A stretch of 64,000 nt of DNA from the human T2T-CHM13v2.0 reference genome, Homo sapiens. This document shows positions 61,143 to 64,000 of the stretch, piece after piece. Location: assembly GCF_009914755.1 (NCBI RefSeq), contig NC_060948.1; one strand, written 5' to 3'. The notes below the pieces were generated by a model, which had not been told where the DNA came from, did no database searches, and saw nothing but the letters and a program-made list of their open reading frames with translations. The first letter of the stretch is position 1. Each line of letters opens with the position of its first letter. A program made the position numbers and the translations under genes.

Positions 61143-63239
61143 AGATCCATATTTTTTAAATGAAAAAAAATTTCAAAGGTACTCTGCTTGGTACAATAAT
61201 CAAATGTATAAACTGAGGAATAAAACATAACCATGAAACCTACTTATAACTGCATATGGAAAATACAGAGGATAATTTTTAAATAACATATTTTGAAAGC
61301 CTTAACTAGTAATTTGAAGAGTTGGCATTTGAAAGTCCAGTATGAATATACCTTCAAAGCAGCAACACAGGTTCCCCAGGAGAAAAAGCAAACACAGGGA
61401 AAATAAAAACACAAAGGTTCAATCTCTTCTGACCTTTGAAAGACACAGCACAGACAGTGGTCCTTAGGACGAAGAGCAGGAGACCCCTAATTCCGTCACC
61501 ATGGCGATAGGGCATAAACATTGCTGGGTGAGGGCACAATCCACATTGTGAGGTCCAACTGCTGCCAGGAAGACAGGAGTGCTTTTACATAGACCGAAAG
61601 GTCATTGAAGGCTCAGAGTTTTGTTTCAAGAACTGAATCCCAAGCCCACACGTTATTAGGCTGCGCTTCTTAAAACAAGTTATGAGATGGGAAAAAGGGC
61701 ACCCACAAACATACGTATACATTATGTATATAATAATATACAGTATCATATATATAATATATATAACCTATGTATAATATTGTTTTACATCCTGCATCTT
61801 ATGTTATATATATTGTATAAAATATAATAATTGATAATATATAAGTTTTATAATTATACAATATGACATATAGTATATATTATAATTTATGACATATATA
61901 ATATATGTTATATATCATATGTAGAATATATTATACGGTTAATATACGTATTAAATATAAATTATACATTATATATATTATATATAATATATCTGTTATA
62001 TATAATACGCATTATGCATAATATATATATTATGTCTATGTTATATATAGTATAAAACAACATATAATAATATATAATTGTATATATAAAATGCGACATA
62101 TAATATATATTATATTTTATAACATATGTAATATATATTATATATAATACGTTGTATGTATAATACCTATATTAAATATATATTATATGACTATGTTATT
62201 AATTACATGTCACATGTGTTATATATTATATATTTTATATAGAATATACCGGTTACATACAATATATACTATGTTACCTATAATGTATAATTTATTACAT
62301 GTAAAATAAAGAATGCAATATATTATGTAAAATTTATAATATACAATATGTGGAATGTGATATATATAACATATAATATATGATATATGATATACAGTAT
62401 ATGATATATAACATACAATATATGATTCCTAATATATATGGTATACAATATATATTTTATGATATGTATTCTATATGTTTTATATTCTGTTATATTTAAC
62501 TATTTGAAATTATATATAACTGTATAATATTTCATGTAAATATGTAATATAATATATATAACTATATAATATATTATATATAACTATATATTATGTTATA
62601 TATACTTTTATAACATAATTTACATAAAATATCATAATATAATATATATTATATTATTTCATATTACATAATATATATTACATATCACCCAATATAACTA
62701 ACATACATAATATTATAATATAGATTATATTGTGTTATATTAAATATCATATATATCATGTATCATATATTCTATAATATATATTACACATTATATAATA
62801 TGTATGTTGTCTATTATGTGATATATATAACTATATATATAATTATATTTTTATACATATAACTAGATAAACATGTAATTCTACATATTTTCATTTATAA
62901 TATGTAGAATTATATAATCATATATAATTATTTATATTCTATAAAAAATTTTATCATTATATAAATTATAATATATAAAAATTATAATATGTACTACAAA
63001 TATATATATTATATATCATATATGATATAGTACCTTTGTTATATATCATAATACATATAAATGTGTATTATGTTATCTATAATTATATAATTTCATATAT
63101 AAGATGTATAATATGTATCATACATTATATATGTTATGTAATATATATAGTATATATAAGATGACACAGGATAAATATTATATACTATGACATATAAAAT
63201 ATATGAGGTTATATGTTACATATAAGGCATAGCACATAA

Positions 63240-63554
<315 letters not shown>

Positions 63555-64000
63555 AGATCCATATTTTTTAAATGAAAAAAAATTTCAAAGGTACTCTGCT
63601 TGGTACAATAATCAAATGTATAAACTGAGGAATAAAACATAACCATGAAACCTACTTATAACTGCATATGGAAAATACAGAGGATAATTTTTTAAATAAC
63701 ATATTTTGAAAGCCTTAACTAGTAATTTGAAGAGTTGGCATTTGAAAGGCCAGTATGAATATACCTTCAAAGCAGCAACACAGGTTCCCCATGAGAAAAA
63801 GCAAACACAGGGAAAATAAAAACACAAAGGTTCAATCTCTTCTGACCTTTGAAAGACACAGCACAGACAGTGGTCCTTAGGACGAAGAGCAGGAGACCCC
63901 TAATTCCGTCACCATGGCGATAGGGCATAAACATTGCTGGGTGAGGGCACAATCCACATTGTGAGGTCCAACTGCTGCCAGGAAGACAGGAGTGCTTTTA

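Overview
The whole 64 kb window is one uninterrupted head-to-tail tandem array of a ~2.42 kb composite unit. There are about 26.5 units; the 27 marker positions are spaced 2412-2420 bp apart (mean ~2417) and all units share one orientation. Each unit contains a 5'-truncated, CpG-decayed Alu on the minus strand (~292 bp), a ~570 bp mixed-sequence segment consistent with HSATI, and ~1.56 kb of degenerate (TA)-rich sequence. This matches the human DYZ2/HSat1B satellite, most likely in Yq12 heterochromatin, although acrocentric-arm HSat1B cannot be excluded from sequence alone. I see no credible protein-coding gene, RNA gene, CRISPR array or novel enzymatic system; the ORF track only reports chance ORFs repeated with the unit. 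The interesting signal is the variant pattern between units: (i) a near-perfect 7252 bp three-unit tandem duplication whose crossover maps to a 44 bp interval, (ii) an older three-unit periodicity over ~23-37 kb, (iii) a five-unit periodicity that reduces to three units once a local monomer triplication is removed, (iv) a second monomer triplication marked by a 7 bp deletion, and (v) gene-conversion-like mosaic units. All comparisons were made by eye.
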